Source of the DNA: a virus | Taxonomy: Duplodnaviria > Heunggongvirae > Uroviricota > Caudoviricetes | IMG/VR virus record: IMGVR_UViG_3300043009_000101 | Direction: 5' to 3' (one strand) | Length of the DNA stretch: 64,000 bases | In this document: piece by piece, positions 10,500 through 20,900 of the stretch | Layout: each line of letters starts with the position of its first letter | How positions within the stretch are numbered: the first letter of the stretch is position 1 | The notes under the pieces: generated by a model | What the model was told of the DNA's origin: nothing | What the model saw: the letters and a program-made list of their open reading frames with translations, nothing else | Database searches by the model: none | Translations under genes and position numbers: made by a program

Positions 10500-11834
10500 A
10501 TGGTTTATGTTTTAAATAAAGATGGTAAACCTTTAATGCCTACAAAACGGCATGGCAAAGTTAGACATCTTTTAAACAGCAAAAAAGCAAAAGTTGTAAG
10601 AAGAGAACCTTTTACAATTCAGTTGCTTTATGAGTCTACAAATTATACCCAAGAACTCACATTGGGTATTGACACAGGCAGTGGTACATTAGGTTCTGCT
10701 GTTTCAGATACAAATGGTAATATTGTTTATGCTGCACAAGTGCAAGTTAGAAACGATATTACTAGAAAAATGACAAGAAGAAGAAAATATCGAAGAACGA
10801 GAAGAAATAGAAAAACAAGATACCGTAAACCAAGATTTCTAAATAGAAAGAATAGTATTAAAACAGATAGATTCAGTCCAACAATGGTTAGTAAAATTCA
10901 TAGCCATACAAAAGAGATTGAATTTGTAAAAACAATACTCCCTATCAAAAATCTTGTATTAGAAACAGGTCAATTTGATACAGCTTTAATGAAAAACCCT
11001 GATTTAGCAGACCCGTCTGTAAAACCTTGGGGTTATCAGCAAGGACCAAATTATGGATATCAAAATACAAGAGCTCGTATTTTAGATAGAGATGAGCATA
11101 CTTGTCAGCATTGTCTTGGTAAATCTAAGGATACAAGCCTTGAAGTACACCATATTATTTTCAGAGCAGAAGGTGGTAGTGATGATGATGAGAATCTGAT
11201 TACATTATGCCATACTTGTCATACCCAATTACACAATGGAGAAATTGAACTTAAGCTCAAAGGTACTAAAAAAGGTAATTTAAGCTATGCTACTCAAATG
11301 AATAGTATTAGAAAACAATTACTTAGACAATACCCGGAAGCTAAGGAAACATTTGGCTATATTACAAAAGCAAATCGTTTCAACTTGAACATTGGTAAAG
11401 ACCATTACTTAGATGCTTGTGTAATAGCAAGTGGTGGTAAAGCCATTACTTTTAAAGCAGAAACACTGTACCTTAAAAAAGATGTTGCTAAAGGAGATTA
11501 TCAAAGAACAAATGGCAAAAGAAGTGAAAAGAAACTACCAAAAGGAAAAGTTCTAGGTTTTATAAAATTTGATAAGGTCAAATATAGAAACACAATTTAC
11601 TTTATTAAAGGAGTTCGTACACAAGGTACTTGTGAGTTAATGGATATTACAGGAAAAAAGATGAATTTTAGCTATTTGCCTTATGGCCTGAAAACTCCAA
11701 AGTTGCTTAACTGTACTAGAATACAACCTAGAAAGACAAGATTATGCATAGAAAGGAGGTTAGCTGCGATTCCCCCGCATCTAAAGATACGGTGGTTTCC
11801 TTGCGGCGATTCTCATGAAAATAATGAAATATAA
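10500..11834 (+). CDS. iscB: IscB, IS200/IS605-family RNA-guided nuclease (Cas9 ancestor)
   Basis: PLMP N-terminus (KPLMPT); RuvC-I IDTGSG; Arg-rich bridge helix RRRKYRRTRRNRKTRYRKPR; RuvC-II LVLETGQFD; HNH CQHC...LEVHHI...ENLITLCHTCH; RuvC-III DHYLDACVIA. AAAGGAAG RBS before ATG at 10500. Confidence 0.9.
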   Translation: MVYVLNKDGKPLMPTKRHGKVRHLLNSKKAKVVRREPFTIQLLYESTNYTQELTLGIDTGSGTLGSAVSDTNGNIVYAAQVQVRNDITRKMTRRRKYRRTRRNRKTRYRKPRFLNRKNSIKTDRFSPTMVSKIHSHTKEIEFVKTILPIKNLVLETGQFDTALMKNPDLADPSVKPWGYQQGPNYGYQNTRARILDRDEHTCQHCLGKSKDTSLEVHHIIFRAEGGSDDDENLITLCHTCHTQLHNGEIELKLKGTKKGNLSYATQMNSIRKQLLRQYPEAKETFGYITKANRFNLNIGKDHYLDACVIASGGKAITFKAETLYLKKDVAKGDYQRTNGKRSEKKLPKGKVLGFIKFDKVKYRNTIYFIKGVRTQGTCELMDITGKKMNFSYLPYGLKTPKLLNCTRIQPRKTRLCIERRLAAIPPHLKIRWFPCGDSHENNEI

Positions 11835-11874
11835 CTAAGCAGCCGCTCCGAAGGAGCGGCTGCTTTTGGCTGGT

Positions 11875-12650
11875 GCTAGATATTGTCTTGTGCTAGATAT
11901 TGTCTTGTGCATAATAGATACTGGTGCAAGATATAAACTCGTGCAAAACTAAAAACTTCGCCTGTATATTGCTAGGGCTGAAAAATACCCGATGAATGTG
12001 GCGGGAATAGAATTATTACCTATACAAAACAATAAAATTGCTCTGTGAAGATGGAAAGTTGGGCGAAGCAAAGTATAGTGCCAGCTAAGAACTACGGCAA
12101 ACAAGCAGTAAGGCAAGGCAGAAACTAATGCAGGCGGAAATTATGGTAAGATAAAAACTAATACAAGCAAGGGTGCGAGGTAACGAAATAAATTTCGTGC
12201 CTACGAAATTTATTATCTAGTGAAAGCTCTGCTTTCACTAGATAGAAAAGTTACCGAGGTCAGGCGAACGGAGTGAAGCCTAGGTTTCGCACCCTTGTAT
12301 TGTATAAAAAATACTAGTCTGATTCGTTGCGAATAAACATCTTGCCTGATTCCTTGCTAGTAGAGGAAATACAGACATCACAGAGTATAGATAATACGGA
12401 CACTGGCACACAGTAAGTGCTTGCACAAAAAGTAAAGGGCACAAGATTGTTTCTTGCACAAAGTAATGGAAAGCACAAGAAAATATCTTGCACAATACAA
12501 AGGGCGAATACTAGTGGCAATACCCGAATTTAGTGCTGAATTATACACTAATTATATAAATACTGATTTACATTTGTATATTGTTGTGCTAAAATAATGG
12601 CAGAAAGATATCTAGTAAAGATAAGAAAGAAAAACAAGAAAGATAAGGAG
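11875..12650. repeat. Non-coding repeat-rich region
   Basis: Tandem 'tgctagatattgtcttg' x2, composite hairpin caagggtgcgagg...(about 110 nt)...cctaggtttcgcacccttg (12166-12297), and reiterated 'ttgcacaa' motifs. Confidence 0.5.
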
Positions 12651-12658
12651 TAAAAAGT

Positions 12659-13786
12659 ATGGCAACTACAAATTTAAATCTGGAACCGTTCAGCAGCTAT
12701 CTGGAATATTATGGCTTTTATTTGCATACCCGAGAAGTAAAGGTTGATGACACAACAAAAACATATATCCAGTTCGTTGAGAAAATGGTGGATGATTCAG
12801 GTAAAGAATGGTACAAAATCATAGCTGGCATGTTCTTTGTGCTTGTGCAGAAGCCTAATTATGCGGCTCTCTATGTAATGTCAGAGGGAAAAGCAGAGAA
12901 AATTGTTGAAAGAAATGTATCTCAGGTGCATATTTCACATATATTTGAGGTGTTCTTCGGAACTATAAGGTTAATCGTAGCACAATTACGAGAAAATGAT
13001 GCATCAGAAGAAAGACTGGCTTCCTATGAAAAACTATCCTCTGTATTATACCATTACCGCCGTCATTTTGAGGAGGAGAACTGGGTTGTTCCTGTTTGTA
13101 CGATGCCATTGCACTCTATGGACAAACCTATGCACCAATATGTAATGAAGTCTATTTTGCAAAAAGAAGAACAATCTAGGAAAGAACTTTGCTTTGATAG
13201 TTTCTTGGCCTGCTTTGAGGATACCCAGCTTGGTATGCATATTCAACAAGAACAAACAGATAATGGCTTTGTCGTTTCTATTCAACCGTATGTTGAAGAT
13301 AATGGCGAAAAGCATACGCTTGGAAATGCTGGCTTTGTTGTAATGAATGGTACAGAATTTACTTGCCACTTCAATCTGCAAGAGGAGTTCCTTGTAAAAT
13401 TTACTACAAAAGAATCGAAATATGGTGCTTTGGACTTAGAGTATTATTCCACTCCTTTTGAAAAAGATGCAGGAATGTATGCTGCGGCTAACATCACTGC
13501 TGTATGCCTGATTGTGTGTATGACTAAAAAACATCTGCGGGAGAAAGCAGAACAAAAAGAAATCTATGAAATTATGCTGGAAAAAGCAGAACAATTTCTA
13601 AGAGATACACCACTACATTACTGGAATAATCTGAATTCAATAGACTTTCCAACTGGCACAAAGAAAGAAACTAAGCCTGTGGCATGCAATACTCAAGAAA
13701 TGCAGACTGGTTGGAAACAGAAATGGAAGAATGGGCTAGGCGGAAAATATGGCAAGAAAAATACCCAACTCATTCTAAATGAATAA
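12659..13786 (+). CDS. Hypothetical protein (375 aa)
   Basis: AAGGAG RBS; long clean ORF. Confidence 0.6.
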   Translation: MATTNLNLEPFSSYLEYYGFYLHTREVKVDDTTKTYIQFVEKMVDDSGKEWYKIIAGMFFVLVQKPNYAALYVMSEGKAEKIVERNVSQVHISHIFEVFFGTIRLIVAQLRENDASEERLASYEKLSSVLYHYRRHFEEENWVVPVCTMPLHSMDKPMHQYVMKSILQKEEQSRKELCFDSFLACFEDTQLGMHIQQEQTDNGFVVSIQPYVEDNGEKHTLGNAGFVVMNGTEFTCHFNLQEEFLVKFTTKESKYGALDLEYYSTPFEKDAGMYAAANITAVCLIVCMTKKHLREKAEQKEIYEIMLEKAEQFLRDTPLHYWNNLNSIDFPTGTKKETKPVACNTQEMQTGWKQKWKNGLGGKYGKKNTQLILNE

Positions 13787-13799
13787 GAAAGGCTGACTG

Positions 13800-14600
13800 A
13801 TTTGTGGGCAAGCAAAAAGATTATATGTGCCTGAGTGAAAATGGTGCTAGATAATGGCTGGTGCTAGAAAGAAACTGGTGCAAGGAAGAAACTGGTACAG
13901 GCAGAAGCCAGTACAAGCAGAAATGCCCCGAAAAGAATAGGTATCCTTTTGGATTTGTCCCTCATACTAGGTAAATTGGGACAATTTACCTAGTATGAAA
14001 GCAAACCACGGGGTTTGCTTTCATCATAGGGGCAACCTATTCTGTACGGTAAATCCCTACTGGATTTACCGTACCATATGGGGCACTGGTACAAGCGGAA
14101 ACTGGTACAGGCAGAAACTGGTACAAGCAGAAACTGGTACAGGCAGAAACCAGTACAAGCAAAAACTTGTACAAGCAAGGAAGCGAAGTCCGTTGAGGGT
14201 GTATACCCGAAAACGAGGTCTCGCTTCCTTTTCTTGTTTAGAATAATATGAAAAATAAAAGAAAATTATACGACTTTTCTAAGAAAAAAGTAGATAAAGT
14301 TGTTCTTGTTCTAAAAGCTCAGAAAGTGAAGTTTCTGGACTTGCAGAAACTCGGAAAATGCGGTTTCTGAGCTTTTACGAAATAAAGCTCACCAGTATAT
14401 GTGCTGGGTGAAAAAATGAACAATTACCAATAACTATGCCTAGAAATCGCTCTAGTGTGAAATATTCGAAACAAGTGCTTTATATAAAGGTGATTTTGGC
14501 ACAAGATAGATACAGGCACAAGATAGATACAGGCACAAGATAGATACAGGCAAAGAAAGGCAGCCGTGCTATGCACGGCTGCCTTTTATTACAAATATAT
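13800..14600. repeat. Non-coding repeat region (copy of the 7.4-9.2 kb modules plus 16-bp and 18-bp tandem repeats)
   Basis: actggtacaRgcagaa x~5 (14086-14178); hairpin caaggaagcgaagtccg...cgaggtctcgcttcctt (14175-14232); gcacaagatagatacag x3 (14499-14552). Confidence 0.6.
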
Positions 14601-14615
14601 GGGCTAGAAAGAAAA

Positions 14616-15548
14616 CTAGTGCGAGTTTCGGTCTGCCTGATGCAAGAGCAACAAGTCATTGTAAATACCCTCGCCTAGCAATTGGGTGTACTTCGCCTGC
14701 ATTTTTTGTTGGTTGCGGGTGTTCCAATTGTATGGGTGCATATGATAGCAGACGAGTGTGCTGACGAGAAGCTTATCGGCGGGATAATCATAAAATAAAG
14801 AAAGATACCCACCAACATTCGCATGCTGATAGTAATGCGAGATGCCGTTGGGGTCTGTGGTTTTCGTTCTGGGTTTGCCTATATCATGCAAGCTGGCTGC
14901 TATGGCAAGGGGAGAAGATGCGGGTGAGGAGAGAGCTACGGTGTTGGCAACTTCGCTTAGATGCTCGCCTAGGGTTCTGGTGTGATACGGGTTGTTCTGG
15001 TTGTAGTCTTGATACAGCTGCATTGGTGCAAGATAATCGCCATAATAGGTTGGGTAAGTTGAGGAGGGATAGTAAAGCTGTATATTATTCCACCCCTCGC
15101 CATAGCTCGGTGTGGTCCAGAGCCTGAGCATACGGTTGATAACTTTCTTGCCGGCATGTCTGCTTGGGCGAGATTTGTCTTGCTCGATGCATATCTCTGG
15201 CGGAGTGGCTACAATTATACAAGTACACTGCGGGAAAGGTGTGCTGGCTTTAGTACATGCTTCCCGTATCAGAGCAAGAGTGGGAATACGGTGCTTCGCC
15301 TGTAAATTCGTTGCATCATATATGACAGATTGCCCGTGAGTTATCGCTTCGGCTAGTCGCTGGTGCAATACCCGATAGAGTTCCTCATTCTTGCACTGCT
15401 CGTTCACATTGTGGAATAGTTCCTTGCGAAGTTCATCTGTGCTGAGCAAAATGGTTGGGTTTGAGGTGGAGCTGGCTGCGAGCAGCTGCTGTGCTAAGGT
15501 GCTCTTGCCACTTCCAGGCAAACCTACCAGCATCGTGAATTCTAACAT
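14616..15548 (-). CDS. Polynucleotide 5'-kinase (T4 Pnk-like P-loop) fused to an HD-domain phosphohydrolase
   Basis: GLPGSGKST Walker A, STDELR and VIYDATNL (compare T4 Pnk GCPGSGKST / VIISDTNL); C-terminal HD signature (SLHDIGK ... HQADRNSH). GC about 52%. Confidence 0.75.
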   Translation of the reverse strand: MLEFTMLVGLPGSGKSTLAQQLLAASSTSNPTILLSTDELRKELFHNVNEQCKNEELYRVLHQRLAEAITHGQSVIYDATNLQAKHRIPTLALIREACTKASTPFPQCTCIIVATPPEICIEQDKSRPSRHAGKKVINRMLRLWTTPSYGEGWNNIQLYYPSSTYPTYYGDYLAPMQLYQDYNQNNPYHTRTLGEHLSEVANTVALSSPASSPLAIAASLHDIGKPRTKTTDPNGISHYYQHANVGGYLSLFYDYPADKLLVSTLVCYHMHPYNWNTRNQQKMQAKYTQLLGEGIYNDLLLLHQADRNSH

Positions 15549-16852
15549 GGGCGGGAAACTCCTTGCACGGGGGAGGGCTGGTCGGAGAGTGTATTAAGAA
15601 AAGATTCTATCTCGTGCAATTTAAGGTATCTGCCTGCTCTTGTCTTGATGTAGTTGTTCTCTTTGCCGAGATACTCGTTCCGTACATACCCTCGATATGC
15701 TTTCGGTACATGCTGGTCTATCCACTGCATGTCGCTCTTGCGGTCTGGGTTGGTGCGGGCGGAGGAGAGCTGCATAATGTAGGAATGAGTGATGCTCTGC
15801 TTGGCTTGGATGTACTGGAACACGAGGGTGGCTTTGGCGAGGGCTTCTGGCTGATAGGCTGCGGGCAGCTTTGCATATAAGTCATCCCATGTGCCTTGGT
15901 CTATCGCTTGGATTATCGTGTTGGCTGAGGTGAGGGTGGCGAGAATCTTGTGCATGCCTACATAATCGTTGTACTTTATCTTGACTTTGTATCCGTCTAT
16001 GTCTAACACGAAGCCTTCGGCTTCGCTGCATTGCTTGCTGTCTAGGGCTTGGAGAACTTCGTCTAAGGTTGTTGTGTAAAGAGTTGTGGTAAGCAAATTG
16101 TAAGAGGCGGCGATGGTTGTAAGGAGGGAATAAGACAATTCCTCGCCTGTGGAAATGCTTCGCATTCCCACAAGGTATAAGCCTTGCTGCTCTTCGGTGT
16201 ATTGCACAATATGCTTATCGTTAAGGCTGATATACTCGAATATGGCTGTGTAATCCGAATAGGCTTGGAGGAATTGGAGATAGTTGGGATGCGACTGTAG
16301 GTAATGCATACCGCCAGCTAGACGATAACTAGATGCGGGGTCGAGGGACTGACTGCCTGACATGACAAGGTGGTTGTGAAACCACCTTGCACTTTGCATG
16401 GAACCGTCCAGCTTGTTCGTGAATTCTACACGATTGGCTGACTGTATGAGCTGCCGAATTCGTGCTTCGCTGTTCGCTTCGCACTCATTCAGATTCTGGA
16501 ACTTGCGGAATGGTGTGAGTATCAGCTCGCCTGTGTGAATGTCTAACACTAGACTGCGGCACTCTTTGTAGAATTCGTTGTGAACTTGCCAGAAATCTGG
16601 ATAGGATAAGGACTGGCTAATCGGCTTGAAGAGCTGATGAAAATTGCCGTATCGTATCAGCAGCATGCCTTCATATTCGTGGAAGATAAGCGGTGCTAAG
16701 AGTTCCGTGTAAGCGGGGTTGTCGAGTTGGGTGACCCAGTATTCTAGGCACGATGAAGATTCTGGATACTCCCAGAGTGCTTCTTCGCCAAATCGCTCGA
16801 TGTAGGCTGACTTGATTTCTTTGAACTTTGCTTGTACTGGATTCCAATTCAT
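15542..16852 (-). CDS. ATP-dependent RNA ligase (Rnl-type nucleotidyltransferase)
   Basis: Motif I KLDGSM, motif IV EGFVL, motif V KVKIK; overlaps the kinase gene by 7 nt (operon); GC-rich. Confidence 0.7.
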   Translation of the reverse strand: MNWNPVQAKFKEIKSAYIERFGEEALWEYPESSSCLEYWVTQLDNPAYTELLAPLIFHEYEGMLLIRYGNFHQLFKPISQSLSYPDFWQVHNEFYKECRSLVLDIHTGELILTPFRKFQNLNECEANSEARIRQLIQSANRVEFTNKLDGSMQSARWFHNHLVMSGSQSLDPASSYRLAGGMHYLQSHPNYLQFLQAYSDYTAIFEYISLNDKHIVQYTEEQQGLYLVGMRSISTGEELSYSLLTTIAASYNLLTTTLYTTTLDEVLQALDSKQCSEAEGFVLDIDGYKVKIKYNDYVGMHKILATLTSANTIIQAIDQGTWDDLYAKLPAAYQPEALAKATLVFQYIQAKQSITHSYIMQLSSARTNPDRKSDMQWIDQHVPKAYRGYVRNEYLGKENNYIKTRAGRYLKLHEIESFLNTLSDQPSPVQGVSRPC

Positions 16853-17259
16853 AGGGTGCTTTCCTTTCTAGTGTTGTTATATGTATATTATACTAAAGTA
16901 TAATGGAATTAGCAATAAAACTAGTGTTAGGGGGTTTAGTATCCACACGAAGCAATTCTATTGCTTTGTGTGGATAAAGAGGTCTAACAAGAAGCTACAT
17001 CAAGATGAATACGGGTGCAGATGAAAGGCTTCATCGAAAATACGGCGAAGAAAGAAGCTTCATCGAAAGACTAGGCGAATATAAAAGCTAGGAGAAAATA
17101 AAAAGCTTCATCAATATATCTGTATGGCAAGGCAGAATAATCAGCTATGCATAGCTGGGAATTTGGGGGGGCGGATAGAAAACTGCATCGGAATAGAAAA
17201 GCTTCGGTTAGATGGGTATTGGGGCAAGAAAAACGGGTGCAGCAGATAGGCAAACTTTT

Positions 17260-17399
17260 GCTATGCCAAGGTTAGCTATGCCAAGGTTAGCTATGCCAAG
17301 GTTAGCTATGCCAAGGTTAGCTATGCCAAGGTTAGCTATGCCAAGGTTAGCTATGCCAAGGTTAGCTATGCCAAGGTTAGCTATGCCAAGGTTAGCTAA
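17260..17399. repeat. Perfect tandem repeat, 15 bp x about 9.3 (gctatgccaaggtta)
   Basis: Directly visible; the + and - ORFs spanning it are repeat artefacts. Confidence 0.95.
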
Positions 17400-17405
17400 T
17401 ACAAA

Positions 17406-17455
17406 TGCAAGCACGAAGTCCGGTGAATGTAATGAACCGAGGTCTCGTGCTTGCT
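17406..17455. terminator. Composite hairpin element (family A) followed by a T-run
   Basis: caagcacgaagtccggtgaatgtaatgaaccgaggtctcgtgcttg, then ttttattaattttttttt. Identical core at 53719-53769. Confidence 0.5.
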
Positions 17456-17494
17456 TTTATTAATTTTTTTTTGGGGGGTTGGAATGGGCAAGGA

Positions 17495-17590
17495 CAAGAG
17501 CAAGAGCAAGAGCAAGAGCAAGAGCAAGAGCAAGAGCAAGAGCAAGAGCAAGAGCAAGAGCAAGAGCAAGAGCAAGAGCAAGAGCAAGAG
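17495..17590. repeat. Hexanucleotide microsatellite (CAAGAG)16, preceded by T9 G6
   Basis: Directly visible; T9 at 17464-17472, G6 at 17473-17478; a G7 tract at 17165-17171. Confidence 0.95.
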
Positions 17591-17926
17591 CGTATTAGAT
17601 GTGAATTCTCTGCAAGATATCTTCATAGAAAGTAAAAAAAAATCGGAAATTTACTTTTCCGATTTAGAAAGGTGGTGGCTCAACAAGGCAGAAAGTGAGC
17701 TTAACGGGTTTTAACTACCTAAAACTTAGCATAGTTATTCCTTCTTTTAGGCCTTCTGAACATCTTTTATACAGTTTTTCCTTTCAAAAATGTGCTGTTA
17801 GCAGAAAATCTATCAAAAGCAAATCTAATATTAGTATATCTAATATTATATAAGAAACCCCAAGATACACAATATGCTATTAAAACAAAAGGAATGTTCT
17901 AAAACATTCCTTTCATTCTAAGTAAA

Positions 17927-20900
17927 CTACTTTATTTGTTTTTTCCTCTTTCTCTTATCTAATACGAGAATACCCCCTGCACTAGTACCAAGTACTAAAG
18001 GTGTTAGTGATTTAAATACGCCTGTTCCCTTTTTACTTTGTGCAGCTAACACTGGTGCTAGTGGTATTTCCTGTATTGCGTCCATACAAATTACCTCTAC
18101 TTGCATATTATCTTGTATATTAGTAATCGTAATTTGATTGTCTATTGGTGTGATATCTTGCTCTACTCCATCATAATATACAGCTTGAAACAAATACCCA
18201 TTGTCTGGTTGAATAGTTAAGGTTATATTCTCCCCTGCTTGTATATTATTCAATTTAGTAGCTTCCACTGAGCAATTTTGTGTATAAAGGTCTATTGCTA
18301 AATATTTTGCAAGTTCTATTTGAATTGTATGTGAAGTTTCTAAATTTTTAAATGTATAGGAAACCTCATACCCATTTACAGGGTATTTTTTACCATCAAT
18401 AATGATATTTGATACATAATACCCACCAGCTTCGTAATACACCGTAAAATCATCACCTTTATGCAATTTATTGTTGGTAGGTGTAATTGTACCTGTATTA
18501 ACAGACGTTTCAACTGTAATATAAGGCAGATACTCAACTGTAATGGTATGATTTTCTGTAATATTATCAAAAGTATACATGGAATTATTTGCTAAACAGG
18601 AATCCACGGAATCTACCGTATCCGACATATCTTCCATACTCTCTGAAACCAAACTAGTTTCTAGTTGAACAGTAGTATCTTCAACTTCTGTGAATTCCGT
18701 AACAGAACTACTAGTGTTATCTTGTGCAAGTAATTCTGAATCTGGCACAATATCTATATAGGAGGAATCCACTAATACACTATTTAAATAGCTATTTTCA
18801 TTAGGACTATATTCTATTTTTACGCTATCGCCTTTGCGTATATTAGTTACAGTTTTAGTAATATTACCATTCAGTACTTTGGTAGTAATCGTTTTAAAAG
18901 GCTCATATACAACTTCCAATGTATGATTAGTTTCATTTATTGGCACTAATACTGTATTCTCCTCCGTATCTTTTAAGGTAGACGTAATATCTTCACCATC
19001 TAAAACAGCGGTTAACAAATATGCATTTGTATTTGGTGAAAATACTACCGTATACGTATCCTGACCTTTACATTCAGAAAAAGAACTTGTAATGATACCA
19101 TTGGTAACTTTTGTAGAAACAGAATAGTAAGGTAAACACGTAACAGTTATCGCTTGGTCTGCTTCTATATTTTCAAAAGTATATTCTTGTGAAAAATCTG
19201 TCACAGAAACATACTTATTGTTAACAAGAATAGTATCAATATAATACCCTTCATTTGCCTTATAAGTAATCTTTTGACTTGTTCCTTGTTTCTGTTGGTA
19301 TATTGCAGGCGTAATTTCACCATTTGAAATACTGGTAATAATAGATACATACTTTTTGTAGACAACTTTAATATCATGAGAATCCGTAATATTCTTAAAA
19401 GTATAAGATGTTTGATTTTCAGTATGATTAATCAGCTCTCCATCCACAAGTATTGTGTCTAAATAATAATTTTCATCAGGCTGAAACTCAACTACAAACT
19501 CAGAATTCAGAGGTAAATTGACAGCAGATGGTGTAATTGTACCATTAGTTACTGAAGTTGTGATACCTTGGTACGCAGCATATTCAACCTTAATAGTATG
19601 GTCTTTATCTATATCATTAAAAGTATATGAATTAGTATTCTCCGTTGTAATAGCTACCTCAGTATCGTCCACAAGCAGCCTTTTTAAATAATAATTTTCA
19701 TAACCTTTATACTGCACTGTAAAGTTAGTATTTTGCTGTATTGTAGAACTTGATTCTGTAATTTCACCATTTATTACTGTTGTTTTTATAAAATTATATT
19801 TTTTACAAACTAATTGAATTGTATGGTCCGTGTTAATATTACTGAACGTATATGTATCAGGATTCTTCACAATATCTATGGATTTACCGTCTATAAGCAC
19901 TTCATATAAATAATAGCCGTCCTCCGGTTTATAGGTTACTGTCCTATTTTCTCCCGCTTTAATTGTACTGCTCCCACCTGTAATTGTTCCATGTGTGGAA
20001 TTCGTTTTGATACTTAAATATTTCTTATAATTAACTTCTATGTTTTGAGTTTCAGTAATATTCTTAAAAGCATATTCTTGTTCATACTTTGTAATATCTA
20101 GCTCATTACCATTCAACACAATAGAACTTAAATAATAGCCATTTACTGGTGCATATTGCACACTTGCAGAATAAGGCTGTTGCTGATTATATATAGATTC
20201 TGTTATTGTTCCATTTACAGCAGAAGTCAATATAGAAACATATTGCTTATAAACAACAGTAATAGTGTGTGCTTCAGTTACGTTGTTAAAAGTATATTCA
20301 TTCTTATAGACAGTAACATCTTGTGCAATACCGTCTACATCAACAGACGCTAGGTAATAATTCTCATCTTTTGGTGCATACTCTATGGTAACAGAGGAAC
20401 CTTGTGTAATACTGCTTATAGTTGGCGTTATTGTACCATTTGTTACAGTTGTATGTATGCCAGAATAAGGCTTATATTCTACTTCAATACTTTGCTCCGC
20501 ATTGATATTGGTAAAAGTATAAGCGGATGCATAACTTTTTGTAGAAACTTCTGCACCATTTACCTTAACAGATGCTAAATAATACGAATCGTCCGTAGCA
20601 TTATATGTAATTGTTTTATCAGTATTCTTTTTTATCTTAGAATCTGTACTTGTAATAGTGCCATTCTTTACAGATGTTGTTATTGAAAGGTATTTTTCGC
20701 AAGTTATATTTATAGTATGATTTTCTGTAATAGATGTAAAAGTATAAGAACTTTCATAAATATCTAAATCCTGTTCCTCATTATCAACCTGTACAGATGC
20801 TACATAATAACCGTCATTAGCCTCATAAGTAACAGTAGGTGTATCACCTTTCTTTAACTTATTTGATGCACCTGTTATTTTACCATTCGTAATACTTGCG

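Larger units (their letters stand above)
10170..11869 (+). mobile_element. Solo IscB/omega-RNA element (IS200/605-like remnant, no tnpA)
   Basis: omega-RNA region plus iscB plus 3' hairpin gcagccgctcc-gaa-ggagcggctgc-TTTT (11839-11869). No Y1 transposase ORF in the neighbourhood. Confidence 0.45.

Noticed and set aside
10170-11869. Complete IS200/IS605 element with TnpA
   Set aside because: No HuH/Y1-transposase-like ORF is adjacent; the upstream 180- and 107-aa proteins lack HuH motifs. Treated as a solo IscB.
17208-17714. Four overlapping ORFs on both strands encoding poly-LAMPR, poly-L, poly-EQ and poly-KS peptides
   Set aside because: They are translations of the 15-bp x 9 and (CAAGAG)16 tandem repeats in all frames, not genes.
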